A DNA stretch of 64,000 bases. It comes from a bacterium (lineage in GTDB: Bacteria > Patescibacteriota > Minisyncoccia > Phycocordibacterales > JAGLPS01). Both the position numbers and the translations under genes were made by a program. The notes beneath the pieces were generated by a model. That model did no database searches. It was not told where the DNA came from and saw nothing but the letters and a program-made list of their open reading frames with translations. This document shows positions 1 through 9,910 of the stretch, one piece after another. The stretch is from positions 260 through 64,259 of the forward strand of contig JAUYHB010000024.1 of the NCBI GenBank assembly GCA_030690305.1. The letters are read 5' to 3'. Numbering within the stretch: position 1 is the stretch's first letter; each line of letters begins with the position of its first letter.

Positions 1-42
1 CCCGAGGTAATTCTCAAGGTGTATCGTGAGATTTTTAAATAA
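1..42 (+). CDS. 3' end of probable type III R-M methyltransferase (Mod), partial
   Basis: Frame 1 reads PEVILKVYREIFK*, stopping 5 nt before a type III Res gene; position and terminal sequence fit a Mod subunit, but only 13 aa are visible. Confidence 0.55.
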   Translation, partial: PEVILKVYREIFK

Positions 43-47
43 ACATT

Positions 48-2294
48 ATGTGGATTAATTTCAAGGATTATCAAGAAAATGCTGTTGTCGATCTAAAGCG
101 CGAATCGAACAAACTACTCGACGCTGAAGGAGACAAAGTACTTATATTCAAAGCCCCTACGGGCTCCGGAAAGACGCTGATGGCGGCGGAGTTTTTGAAG
201 CGCCTCATTGATTCACGTATCGACGGCAAGAGATTCTCGTTCGTCTGGATTGCGGTAAACAAGCTCCATGACCAGAGCCGTGAGAAGCTCGCAAAATACT
301 ACGACCACTACGCTGTCGGCTTGAAGTGTTCGCGCTACGAGGATTTGGAGGACAAGAAGATCGCCGAAAACGAGATCCTGTTCCTGAACGGGGCCAGCAT
401 CAACAAGAAGGGCAACATATACGTGCGCGCCAATGAGCGCGACAACAATCTCACATCCGTTATTGCTCGTACAAAGAACGAGGGGCGCATTGTCGTGCTG
501 ATCATCGACGAAAGTCACCATACAGCTAAGAGCGAGAACTCGAAGGATTTGATCCGCGAGATTGGTCCCAAGCTCACACTCGAAGTATCGGCGACGCCTC
601 AACTTAACAACGCGAACCGTATTGTCGAGGTCGAGCTCAAGGCGGTAAAAGACGAGGGTATGATTAAGAAGGAAATCGCGATCAATCCTGGCTTCGAACA
701 CTATGTTCTCGATCCGAAAAAGAGCGATAAGACCGCAGATGAACTCGTGCTCGAGAGTGCTCTCAAGAAACGTGCGGAGCTTCAGAAAAAATACGAGGCC
801 CAGGGCTCCGGCGTGAATCCTCTCCTGCTGATTCAGATACCGGATGCGAAAGCTGGTGTTGCGGATAAGAAGGACGAGGTCGTAGCGATGCTTTCCAAGT
901 ATGGCATTACCACAAAGAACGGCCGTCTCGCGATCTATCTCTCTGAGAAGGATAACAAGATCAACCTCGCTAACATTGAGAAGAACGAGAACGAGGTGCA
1001 AGTTATGATTTTCAAACAGGCCATCGCGCTTGGATGGGACTGCCCGCGTGCGGCAATACTCGTATTGTTCCGTCAGTGGCGCGAGGAGAATATGACGTTT
1101 TCTATACAAACACTGGGTCGTATCATGCGCATGCCAGAGCTCAAGCACTATGAGGATCAGGATTTGAACATCGGCTATGTGTTTACGAGTTTGCCGGACA
1201 TCGAAGTCGCCGAGGACATATCGCGTGACTACATCACTGTGTATGAAGGCAAGCGCCGGCCGGACTATAAGTCCATCGACCTCGAATCATGGCACTCAAA
1301 ACGCTTCCGTGAGGAGACACGACTTTCATCCGATTTCGTCCCAGTATTTCTCGAAGCCGCAATCAAACTCAGCACAAAAAAGCGGATTTCAACAAAGCAC
1401 AGTATTGTAGATACAAAACTGGTCGCAAGCGGCAGAATAATTGATGTCGATAAAGTCGCAAAGAACTTAGATAAAGAAGGGACACTCGATATACCCAAGA
1501 ACGAGGTTGAGTTACAGAATGCTTTCGACCTGTTTGTGCGCAACAATCTCGCGCCTTTTGCCCCAGAGCAACGTTCAATCGCTCGCATCAAGACCTCCCT
1601 CTATAAGCTCTTCGACGTCTATCGCGACGAGGATGAGTGGCCGAAAATACAGGCGATGGTGCTGGCCAAAGAGAACCGTCAGCCGATTATCGATACCATC
1701 AACTTAGCGAAGGAGAAGTATCTAGAAGTTGTTGGGTCCGGCAAGAGAGAGCTGGTGATGAATGACAAACCATGGAATGTACCGTCGATCATAAACTACA
1801 ATCTCGACTTCAAGAAAAAGGATTACAAGAAATCCATCATTCAGCCCTACTACGGTAAGACCCGGGGCAGCCAAAGCTCGTTGCTTGACGGCTATACAGA
1901 GGAGAGTGCAATCGAGCAGGATTTTATCGAACTACTTGAGAATTCAAAGAACAAGGTCGCGTGGTGGTTCCGGAATGGCTCGCAAGATGGCTCCTACTTC
2001 GCGGTCCCTTACATCGAGAATGGACAGAGTCACGCTTTCTACGTTGACTTCATCGTACTTATGAAGGACGGCAGGGTCGGTCTTTTTGACACTAAAGCTG
2101 GCATCACTGCGGAGACAGCTGGATCGCGTGCCGAAGGCCTCGCGGATTACGTTGCCGCACAAAATAAGAAAGGCAAAAAACTGTGGGGTGGCATTGTTGT
2201 CTATGACAAGAAAAGCTGGAGGTATCACCCGGGTAAGGGATACTCATTCGACCAAAAGAACTTAAAAGGGTGGGAATTTCTCGACTTTTCCTAA
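48..2294 (+). CDS. Type III restriction enzyme Res subunit (SF2 helicase plus PD-(D/E)XK nuclease)
   Basis: Walker A APTGSGKT, DESHH, SAT, GWDCPRA and QTLGRIMR helicase motifs; C-terminal FYVDFIV...LFDTKAG nuclease motif. Confidence 0.85.
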   Translation: MWINFKDYQENAVVDLKRESNKLLDAEGDKVLIFKAPTGSGKTLMAAEFLKRLIDSRIDGKRFSFVWIAVNKLHDQSREKLAKYYDHYAVGLKCSRYEDLEDKKIAENEILFLNGASINKKGNIYVRANERDNNLTSVIARTKNEGRIVVLIIDESHHTAKSENSKDLIREIGPKLTLEVSATPQLNNANRIVEVELKAVKDEGMIKKEIAINPGFEHYVLDPKKSDKTADELVLESALKKRAELQKKYEAQGSGVNPLLLIQIPDAKAGVADKKDEVVAMLSKYGITTKNGRLAIYLSEKDNKINLANIEKNENEVQVMIFKQAIALGWDCPRAAILVLFRQWREENMTFSIQTLGRIMRMPELKHYEDQDLNIGYVFTSLPDIEVAEDISRDYITVYEGKRRPDYKSIDLESWHSKRFREETRLSSDFVPVFLEAAIKLSTKKRISTKHSIVDTKLVASGRIIDVDKVAKNLDKEGTLDIPKNEVELQNAFDLFVRNNLAPFAPEQRSIARIKTSLYKLFDVYRDEDEWPKIQAMVLAKENRQPIIDTINLAKEKYLEVVGSGKRELVMNDKPWNVPSIINYNLDFKKKDYKKSIIQPYYGKTRGSQSSLLDGYTEESAIEQDFIELLENSKNKVAWWFRNGSQDGSYFAVPYIENGQSHAFYVDFIVLMKDGRVGLFDTKAGITAETAGSRAEGLADYVAAQNKKGKKLWGGIVVYDKKSWRYHPGKGYSFDQKNLKGWEFLDFS

Positions 2295-2341
2295 TGAATG
2301 AGGGATGCCTTGTACCACGATCTATGTACTAAAAAAGTAAA

Positions 2342-3184
2342 ATGAAATCACGGGGGAAACATGGCACTGCCACTCAATTTAAAGGGCGCACAAAACAGAC
2401 AACCTCTCCGAAGTTCCGTGAGCGGAACCTCGATAATTTCAAACTGTTGGTTGCTTACCCCGCTTTTCAGGAGGAGGTGTGTAAAATCCAGGCGGAACTC
2501 GAAATCAAAGCCGGTGGTTTTTCCACAACCAAAGAAGCTGAGGAGTGGAATAAACGAGTCATTAAAAAGACAGACATTGTATGGAAACACTATAGTGAGC
2601 TCGTAGAAAAAATAAAAACCGATTCAAAAAACAATGGGATTGGTTACCGAATGATGCAACGCCAGCTCGAAATGTTGTACTCTGGGCTTCCCTTCAGTGG
2701 GTTAGAGAGTTATGCGAGCTATCTTATCGGGCGATTTAACTTACCCCAACACTATCAAAGCGCTTTGGTTCTCCACCTTCTATATGGGACCATATCGGCT
2801 CCGGTTCACAATTATAAAACAGAAGTGCCCTCACCGTTGCGGTCCAGGTCACAACCGAGCGGGTTTTCGGAAGTTAGAGCCACTATCTACACACGCCTAA
2901 CAAAAGACGAGCAGAGAGAGTTAATCGCATGGATCGAAAGGATCACAAATGAAAGGACACTTCCTAAATACGAGCCACTTGTCAACATTGACCGTGATCT
3001 AAAAATAAAAGAAGCATACGAGGCATATAAAGAAAATCGCACCGGTGAGCGTGGCACGATAGCCGACCTCGCCGAGGAGTATTTAGGGGATAGGAAGAAA
3101 GCTAACCAAATAAACGCCATTTTACGAGATCTCAGTAAAATTCAAAAAAGCCGATTTGAAAAAGTGAGAAAAAAGCGGTCATAG
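2342..3184 (+). CDS. Hypothetical protein, possible C-terminal helix-turn-helix
   Basis: 280-aa ORF co-oriented inside the element; C-terminal TIADLAEEYLGDRKKANQINAILRDL is HTH-like. Confidence 0.65.
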   Translation: MKSRGKHGTATQFKGRTKQTTSPKFRERNLDNFKLLVAYPAFQEEVCKIQAELEIKAGGFSTTKEAEEWNKRVIKKTDIVWKHYSELVEKIKTDSKNNGIGYRMMQRQLEMLYSGLPFSGLESYASYLIGRFNLPQHYQSALVLHLLYGTISAPVHNYKTEVPSPLRSRSQPSGFSEVRATIYTRLTKDEQRELIAWIERITNERTLPKYEPLVNIDRDLKIKEAYEAYKENRTGERGTIADLAEEYLGDRKKANQINAILRDLSKIQKSRFEKVRKKRS

Positions 3185-3300
3185 TTTCTCACTCATTTTT
3201 GACGGGCACCGGACAATATAGTCGCAACCAAAAAGTTGCGACACTTTTGTTCACGGGGGCCGAAATCTGCTCGTACACCCCCGTGGCGAGCAGATTTTGT

Positions 3301-3519
3301 ATGATTTCCCCACAGTCCAAAACAGATAAAGAAAGTACCGCTCTCTCTTTTGACGATTTCAAAAAGTCGTTAGGGCCGAGGGCGGCTAAGTACACCGACG
3401 CACAGATCGAGGTGATGCGGCGTATTTGTGATGGCATTGCAGATGCCTGTTTTAATACTTGGCTTCAAGATAGAAAAGCGCATAATGATGTTATACAACA
3501 TGAATCGTCAAACGCTTAG
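3301..3519 (+). CDS. Small hypothetical protein overlapping the recombinase start
   Basis: ATG at 3301, 72 aa, overlaps the recombinase ATG (3500) by 20 nt. Confidence 0.5.
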   Translation: MISPQSKTDKESTALSFDDFKKSLGPRAAKYTDAQIEVMRRICDGIADACFNTWLQDRKAHNDVIQHESSNA

Positions 3520-5212
3520 AGCAACAAAAAACTGCGTTGGCCAATGTCGTGTAAGCTCTCAGAAACAACTGCAGGAGGGTGATAGTTTAGATGTCCAAGA
3601 AGCCAGTATTCGCAGATACGCCGAAGTGAAAGGCTGGAACATTGTTCCTAATAACAATGTTTGGAAGACAGCTATCTCTGGGCGAAAAACGGAGCGCGAC
3701 GACTTTGAGGAAATACTGGCCTACATAAAATCTCACCCGGGCACTGTTGACTACTACGTCTTCCGTTCCATCGATCGCGCAACCCGAGCAGGTAGCGGCG
3801 AGTTACAACGCATGAAAATGGAACTCGCTAAGTGTGGCGTGCAGATGGTAGACACTTACGGCATCATTCAACCATCAGTAAATACACTTTCTGATCTTGA
3901 CTTCGAATACGCATGGAGCAGGTTTTCACCGAGCGAGGTAACAGAGGGTGTCTTTGCTACCACCGCCAATCAAGAAGTCACGACGATCCTCACTCGAATG
4001 ATTGGCCAGTCAATCCGTAATACCCAAAAAGGATACCGCACCCGCCGTCCAACTGACGGGTATCTTAATCAGAAAGTATTTGATGAGTTCGGTAAAAAGA
4101 AGTACATCCAAGTACCAGACCCAAAGCGTGCTAAGTTCCGCATCGATATGTTTGAGTTGCGAGCCCAAGGACTAAGTGATGAGGGGTGTGTGAGGCGGAT
4201 CAATGCAAGCGGCTATCGATCGCCAATCTACAACAAATGGAATGACGCTCACGACAAAATAATCGGGAGACGGGGCGGTAAACCGATGACTATCAAACAA
4301 TTTCAACGCGATATTCAAAACACCATTTACGCAGGGGTACTGTGCGAGAAGTGGACATATTACAAGCCAGTTCGGGCACAATACCCGGGACTGGTGAGTA
4401 TCGAGCTGTGGAACCGTGCCAACCGAGGCAAGATCGCAATTATGGAAGCTGCCGACGGTTCTCTCGAGATCGTTAAGGGTAATCGGTCAGCAACAAGCGG
4501 AACGAGATTAAAAAACAACCCTCTCTTTTCATACAAATTTATTTCCTGTCCGCACTGTGGTAAGCCAATGCTCGGGAGCTCACCACGAGGCAAGATGGGA
4601 AAGCCGCACCCAACTTACCACTGCGCACGAAAGCACAAGTACTTCGGCGTGCCGAAACAAGTATTTGAGGATGCTATAAAAAAGTATATTCGTAGCTTGA
4701 AGTTCAACCCTGACTTGTTAGTAGGACTTGAGGCAACGTTTATGGACAAATTCCGTAAACGTGAGCAAGAGATCGTTCGAGCTTCAGGGCACATCCACCA
4801 GAGCATCGCAGACCTTGAGAGTGAACAGGCCATGAAGCTAGAAGCATACACAGCGAGTAAGAGCGCAGTCATACGGGATATGCTTGAAAAGGAGATCGAA
4901 GGCCTAGAGAAGCAAATCAAGTCTGCCGGTAAGGAGCGCCTCAAAATACAAATAACTCGAGATGACATCAAGTCATTCATGCGGGAGGCAAAAATGATTA
5001 TGGAACACCCAGCACAAATACTCCTAAACCAAAAGGATATAAGGGTTCAAAGGGAATTATTCGGACTGGTATTTGAAACTATGCCGACCTACGTCGAAAT
5101 ACTTAGTGGAACACCTAAATTATCCCTAGCTTTCAGGCTTTCTTCGGACTTTGTGCCCGATAAAAACCAACTGGTGACCCCACGGGGAATCGAACCCCGA
5201 TTACTGCCTTGA
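3500..5212 (+). CDS. Large serine recombinase (integrase)
   Basis: Catalytic CRVSSQKQ...SLDVQ and FRSIDRATR resolvase motifs; recombinase domain; Zn ribbon CPHC...YHC; coiled coil. Confidence 0.9.
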   Translation: MNRQTLRATKNCVGQCRVSSQKQLQEGDSLDVQEASIRRYAEVKGWNIVPNNNVWKTAISGRKTERDDFEEILAYIKSHPGTVDYYVFRSIDRATRAGSGELQRMKMELAKCGVQMVDTYGIIQPSVNTLSDLDFEYAWSRFSPSEVTEGVFATTANQEVTTILTRMIGQSIRNTQKGYRTRRPTDGYLNQKVFDEFGKKKYIQVPDPKRAKFRIDMFELRAQGLSDEGCVRRINASGYRSPIYNKWNDAHDKIIGRRGGKPMTIKQFQRDIQNTIYAGVLCEKWTYYKPVRAQYPGLVSIELWNRANRGKIAIMEAADGSLEIVKGNRSATSGTRLKNNPLFSYKFISCPHCGKPMLGSSPRGKMGKPHPTYHCARKHKYFGVPKQVFEDAIKKYIRSLKFNPDLLVGLEATFMDKFRKREQEIVRASGHIHQSIADLESEQAMKLEAYTASKSAVIRDMLEKEIEGLEKQIKSAGKERLKIQITRDDIKSFMREAKMIMEHPAQILLNQKDIRVQRELFGLVFETMPTYVEILSGTPKLSLAFRLSSDFVPDKNQLVTPRGIEPRLLP

Positions 5213-5246
5213 GAAGGCAATGTCCTAACCGTTAGACGATAGGGCC
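5172..5246 (-). tRNA. tRNA-Glu(CTC)
   Basis: Minus strand GGCCCTATCGTCTAACGGTTAGGACATTGCCTTCTCAAGGCAGTAATCGGGGTTCGATTCCCCGTGGGGTCACCA; cloverleaf, CTC anticodon, encoded CCA. Confidence 0.95.
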
Positions 5247-5399
5247 GTTAATACGGATAAGACTATAGGAAAATCAACCTTAAAACAACCACTATCCGTG
5301 TGCCCCTCTAGACTTTGTTGACTTTTTTATAAATTATGACATAATTAGCGTCAGATAAATGGACTCGGCTAATTTCACAAAAAGAAAGGAGTACTTTGT

Positions 5400-5630
5400 A
5401 TGATTACTGTTAAAAGACAGGGGGAAATTGCTCTTATAGTGTTGAAAGAGATCCTTCGCAACAGAGGCATTAAGCCTGATACCGAGGAGATCAGGAAACA
5501 GGCGAAAGAGGCAGTGGAAAAATTAAATAAAAGAGGTGCCAACCTCTCTATCCCGGAAGCAACCGAATTTTACCTCACCCTCTGTGATGATCTGGTTAAA
5601 GAGATGAAAGAAGGCCTTTCTAAAAAATGA
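5400..5630 (+). CDS. Small hypothetical protein (cassette type)
   Basis: TTGACT/CATAAT promoter at 5318-5345, SD AAGGAG, own terminator. Confidence 0.7.
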   Translation: MITVKRQGEIALIVLKEILRNRGIKPDTEEIRKQAKEAVEKLNKRGANLSIPEATEFYLTLCDDLVKEMKEGLSKK

Positions 5631-5643
5631 GACCTCGAAAAAT

Positions 5644-5676
5644 AAGCCCTATGCGTTCTGCATAGGGCTTTCTTTT
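5644..5676. terminator. Intrinsic terminator between convergent genes
   Basis: AAGCCCTATGC-gttct-GCATAGGGCTT followed by a T-rich tract. Confidence 0.75.
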
Positions 5677-6977
5677 TAACGTTTTCTCCACTCCTCATCC
5701 TGTCTCACAAGAAGTTTTTCTTTTTGGTCGGGGTTGGCCATGATGGCTTCCACTACCCTTTCCATCCGCATGGATTGTGAACCCTTAACGAGAACGATGT
5801 CTCCCGGTTCAATAATGCTTTTTATATATTCCCCCGCTTGAATAGAATCTTCAAAATGAGCCAGTTTTCGCTTCCCCATTTTTTTCTTGAGCGCCCCCGT
5901 TTCAATGAAGTGCGAGCGCATACCCACCGTAATAAGCAGGTCCGCCACTTCGGCGGAGTATTTGCCCGCATTTCTGTGTTCTTCAATCGAGTATTTTCCC
6001 AATTCCATCATGTCTCCCAAAACTGCGATTTTTCTTCCGGAAATATCAAGGCGGGCAAGAGTCGCCAAAGCTTCATGCACGGCAACGGGAGAAGAGTTGT
6101 ACGTATCGTCAATAATAACGGTATCCGCCATTCCCGAAACGATGTGCATTCTTCCCGGAGGAAATTGTCCCGAAGAGACAGCCTGCGCGGATTTAAGAAT
6201 CGGCAAGCCTTGCGAGATTCCCACCGCAATCGCGGCAAGCACGGGATAGATATGCTGACGGCCCAAGACACCGGGAACACGGATGGGAATGCTTACTCCC
6301 CTATGGTCGACTTTAAACGTCATGCCGACTGGGATTTTTTCTTTTCCTTCTTTTTCATATATCGGTTCGTCATGAGCCCCCAACACCACGTTGCCGTCCG
6401 CAAAACCGTATGGAAGCGTGCTTCCTGCAAAAGAATGCCTCAATGAAAGAGCATGTTTATCATCTTCGCTGTACACCAAAACGCCGTCTCCTTTAAGCGC
6501 GCGCACCAGATGGCCTTTTTCTTTCGTTACATCTTCGGGAGAATCAAAAAACTCGACATGAACGGGCACGTCGCTGAAACGCGTCAGGACGACGATATCG
6601 GGATGAAGCCAATGTGATATTTTTCTTATGTCGCCCGGCCTGTCGGCGCCGACTTCAAGCACAAGCCATTTGGGATAATGGCTGGGAAACAGAATAAGCG
6701 CGAGCCCCGATATGAGATTTTTTCCCCACGTGAGCGGGTTTCGCCAGCCGTTCTCAACACCGATAATCGTCAACGGAACGCCGATTTCGCTATTGAAACT
6801 TTTTGCGCTTTTTCGAACAAAAAATGCGCCGGATAAAACGTTGTAGACGGCGTCTTTAGTCGAGGTTTTCCCCACGCTTCCCGTAACGGCAATTATCTTC
6901 GGCTTATATTTGAGAATGATGAGACGGGACTCAAGCGTAAGAAAGAATACTATGATTTTTTTGAAAATGGAAAGCAT
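5676..6977 (-). CDS. murF: UDP-N-acetylmuramoyl-tripeptide--D-Ala-D-Ala ligase
   Basis: AVTGSVGKTSTK, FNSEIGVPLT, IDDTYNSSP, VLGDMMELG and LVKGSQ motifs. Confidence 0.92.
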   Translation of the reverse strand: MLSIFKKIIVFFLTLESRLIILKYKPKIIAVTGSVGKTSTKDAVYNVLSGAFFVRKSAKSFNSEIGVPLTIIGVENGWRNPLTWGKNLISGLALILFPSHYPKWLVLEVGADRPGDIRKISHWLHPDIVVLTRFSDVPVHVEFFDSPEDVTKEKGHLVRALKGDGVLVYSEDDKHALSLRHSFAGSTLPYGFADGNVVLGAHDEPIYEKEGKEKIPVGMTFKVDHRGVSIPIRVPGVLGRQHIYPVLAAIAVGISQGLPILKSAQAVSSGQFPPGRMHIVSGMADTVIIDDTYNSSPVAVHEALATLARLDISGRKIAVLGDMMELGKYSIEEHRNAGKYSAEVADLLITVGMRSHFIETGALKKKMGKRKLAHFEDSIQAGEYIKSIIEPGDIVLVKGSQSMRMERVVEAIMANPDQKEKLLVRQDEEWRKR

Positions 6978-6982
6978 CGGTT

Positions 6983-8689
6983 TTAGCGGTCAAATGGCAC
7001 CTCATAATAATTTATCAGAAATTTCGTTATATCGATAAACGGGTGCGTCAGTGTTTCAGAAGCGTATCGTACTCCTTTCGGGTCCATTGTAAAGAGGAAA
7101 ACGAGAAATTCGGGGTCATAGGCGGGAAAGTAGCCGAAAAACGAGTGGAGGTATTTCCCTTCTTGATACCCCCCTCCTCCGGTTCCGACAACCTGCGCCG
7201 TACCCGTTTTTGCCGCGACACTATAGTGGGGCAATTTGACGGTACCACCCAAAAGGGCTTCGTCGACGACACGGACGAGCATCCGCGTAATTTCTTCCGA
7301 TGTTTCCTGTTTCAAGACGCGCTCTCCGCGGTCAATGGCGATTGTTTTGGAAAGTCCGTTTTTATAGTTTATTTTTTTTACGAGATGCGGGTTAATCAGA
7401 AGACCCCCGTTTCCGAGAGCCGAAAGGGCTCTGACGGTGGCTATGGGCGTAAAGGCGATTCCCTGTCCGTAGGCGGCGGTGGCAAGCTCGATGTCGCGTC
7501 CGCTGTCAAGGTTGTCGATGAGACCGTACGTTTCATTGGGAAGGTCGATGCCGGTTTCGTCCCCGACTTTGTACGCTTTCATATAATTTACAAATGCTTC
7601 TTTGCCCATTTTAAACATGGCGAAAGCGGCACCCGTGTTGAGAGACTGATTGAGCACCTCTTGCATATCGACAATCCCTCTTCCCTTTCCGTCAAAGTTT
7701 GAAATGCGCGCATTGTTGAGGATAAGGTAGCCTTTGTCGTCGTATGTCGTACTTGCGGTGATAGCACCCGTATCAAGAGCCGCGGCAACCGTGAGAGGTT
7801 TTATGATGGAACCCATTTCGTACACGTTCTCAACAAGCGGGTTTGAAAAGACGTGCGGGTCTTCTTCGTTTTGAAAGGTATTGAGATTAAATGTCGGGTA
7901 CGCTCCCATAGCATAGATTTCACCGGTTTTCGGATTGATAATAATCCCCCCCACTTCATCCGAATTCCACGTTTCATCGATTTTCTTGAGTTCCCGTTCC
8001 AAAAACGACTGCACCGTCGGTTCGATGGTCGCGACGATGTTTCCTTCGTGCTTCGCTTCACCTGCTATGTTTTCTTTAAGGTTTGAAAAAATTTCTGCGA
8101 AGAAATTGATGTACAATCCACCGCTTTCGCGCGCGAGCGTGTCTTCATAATACCGTTCAAGACCGTAACGGCCGGCAAGTGTATCGTCTTTGTATCCCAA
8201 AAATCCGATAAGGTGGGAAGCGAGACTTTCGGCGGGATAAAATCTCCATTTTTCCGTATAAATATTTACGCCGGAAATTTTAAGGGCTTCGATTTTTTTT
8301 GCCGTGGTTTCGTCAACGCGTTTGGCGATTTCTTCGTACGGGTCTTCTTTTTTCGCGGCTTTCGCGAGAAAAGCGTCACGGTCAAGAGCAATGGCTGAAG
8401 AAATTTGGACGTATGCGGACTGCGCGTCGGCAAGGATGCTCGGGTTTATGGCAACCGTAAAACCAGAACGAACAAATGCCATTGGTTCGGGGCCACCGTC
8501 CTTTGTTTCAAAATAAATGGTTCCTCTGTTGAAAAGGTTTACGTCCTGACGGACATATTGCTTGTCAGCCTTAAGGCGGTACTCTTCACCCGAAACCACC
8601 TGCACAAAATAGAGCCTCGAAAGAAGCAACAACGAAAAAAGCAAAAAGATGACGGAGAGAAATCTCAAACGACCGGGAAATGCCTTCAT
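6983..8689 (-). CDS. ftsI: Penicillin-binding protein, FtsI-like transpeptidase
   Basis: N-terminal TM helix; SIIK (SxxK), SLN and KTGTAQ motifs; dcw cluster position. Confidence 0.85.
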   Translation of the reverse strand: MKAFPGRLRFLSVIFLLFSLLLLSRLYFVQVVSGEEYRLKADKQYVRQDVNLFNRGTIYFETKDGGPEPMAFVRSGFTVAINPSILADAQSAYVQISSAIALDRDAFLAKAAKKEDPYEEIAKRVDETTAKKIEALKISGVNIYTEKWRFYPAESLASHLIGFLGYKDDTLAGRYGLERYYEDTLARESGGLYINFFAEIFSNLKENIAGEAKHEGNIVATIEPTVQSFLERELKKIDETWNSDEVGGIIINPKTGEIYAMGAYPTFNLNTFQNEEDPHVFSNPLVENVYEMGSIIKPLTVAAALDTGAITASTTYDDKGYLILNNARISNFDGKGRGIVDMQEVLNQSLNTGAAFAMFKMGKEAFVNYMKAYKVGDETGIDLPNETYGLIDNLDSGRDIELATAAYGQGIAFTPIATVRALSALGNGGLLINPHLVKKINYKNGLSKTIAIDRGERVLKQETSEEITRMLVRVVDEALLGGTVKLPHYSVAAKTGTAQVVGTGGGGYQEGKYLHSFFGYFPAYDPEFLVFLFTMDPKGVRYASETLTHPFIDITKFLINYYEVPFDR

Positions 8690-8695
8690 GAAGGC

Positions 8696-9013
8696 TTATG
8701 GCAAAACGTTAACCGATAGTCCTTTGCCGAGCTCCGCGCGCTCGATGAACTGGGTGTCGTTTACTTGTTTATAGCCTTGAGAATAGGCAAAATCCAGACT
8801 AATTGAGTTTTTCTGGGAAATATAGGAACTTTCCATTTCGGACAGCCGGGCCTGCAATGCGCTTATGTTTCCGGCCATTTTTTCCCTGTGTACGACATTA
8901 AGAACCGTGTTATTCACGAGAACCAAATAGGCGCCCCAGGAAAAAACCACCGAGGCCAAAAGTATCAAAAATATCTTTTTATCGTTGTAAATGTAAGAAA
9001 TTGTTTGTGTCAT
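8696..9013 (-). CDS. Probable FtsL-like cell division protein
   Basis: TM helix plus coiled coil, between rsmH and ftsI. Confidence 0.55.
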   Translation of the reverse strand: MTQTISYIYNDKKIFLILLASVVFSWGAYLVLVNNTVLNVVHREKMAGNISALQARLSEMESSYISQKNSISLDFAYSQGYKQVNDTQFIERAELGKGLSVNVLP

Positions 9014-9906
9014 ATTGTTTTTTCAATGATTCGAAGCTTGGCGCTTCTGGCACGGGGATTGTCCTTTACTTCCTTAAAATCCGCCGTGATGACTTTTTTA
9101 TTGACTAACGAAGCCGTCTCTTCTTTTTCTCTTTCCCGAAAAAAAGTCTTTACCGTTCTGTCTTCGCCGCTGTGAAAAGATATGACTCCCATTCGCCCTT
9201 TGTCGGCAAGCCGTGCAAAACCTTTTGTTAGCCCTTCTTTCAATGCGCCGACTTCATCATTAACCGCCATTCGGAGCGCCTGAAAAGTTTTTGTGGCGGG
9301 ATGAATGCGGCGGGTTGCATACCATGACGGAGTGGCTTTCTTAATGACATCGACAAGTTCGGCGGTTGTTCCGATGGGTTTCTTGTTTCTCTGCTCCACG
9401 ATTGCCGAAGCGATGCGTCGTCCGAAACTTTCTTCTCCGTACTCGTACAGAAGCCATTCGAGGTCCTCTTTGCTCCATCCGTTTATTATTGAAAACGCGG
9501 TAGTGGTCTCGGGAGTGATTTCTTTTTCAAAGGTCATCAAAAGCGGTTCGTCTTTCTGAAAAGAAAATCCCCGACCGCTTACTTCCAGTTGTTCGGAATT
9601 AAGACCGAGGTCAAAGAGTATCGAGTGCGCTTCTTTTATGCCGGCTTCGTCAAGAACCGTATCAAGATTCCTGAAATTCGCCTGTTTTAAAATCACGCGA
9701 CACTTCGCTGTCCCAAGACTTTTTTTTGCTTCCTCAAGTCTGTCGGCGTCTCTGTCGATTCCGACATATGTCCCTTTGGAACCCAGGAGTGCCGCGACTG
9801 AGGCACCGTGCCCTCCGTTCCCTACCGTTGCATCGAGAAAGACGCTTCCTTCTTTGGGAAGAAGTCCTGCGACAACTTCTTGTAAAAGAACACTGACGTG
9901 GGACAT
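9010..9906 (-). CDS. rsmH: 16S rRNA m4C1402 methyltransferase
   Basis: HVSVLLQE, DATVGNGGH, HPATKTFQALRMAVNDE and NPRARSAKLR motifs. Confidence 0.95.
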   Translation of the reverse strand: MSHVSVLLQEVVAGLLPKEGSVFLDATVGNGGHGASVAALLGSKGTYVGIDRDADRLEEAKKSLGTAKCRVILKQANFRNLDTVLDEAGIKEAHSILFDLGLNSEQLEVSGRGFSFQKDEPLLMTFEKEITPETTTAFSIINGWSKEDLEWLLYEYGEESFGRRIASAIVEQRNKKPIGTTAELVDVIKKATPSWYATRRIHPATKTFQALRMAVNDEVGALKEGLTKGFARLADKGRMGVISFHSGEDRTVKTFFREREKEETASLVNKKVITADFKEVKDNPRARSAKLRIIEKTI

Positions 9907-9910
9907 AGGA

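Larger units (their letters stand above)
1..5200. mobile_element. End of an integrative element inserted at tRNA-Glu, carrying type III R-M; other end lies outside the window
   Basis: Integrase runs into the tRNA 3' half; cargo is a defence locus; housekeeping genes resume on the other side. Confidence 0.75.

Noticed and set aside
213-1148. 311-aa minus-strand ORF, and similar long antisense ORFs across the window
   Set aside because: Antisense shadows of well-supported genes with no recognisable motifs.
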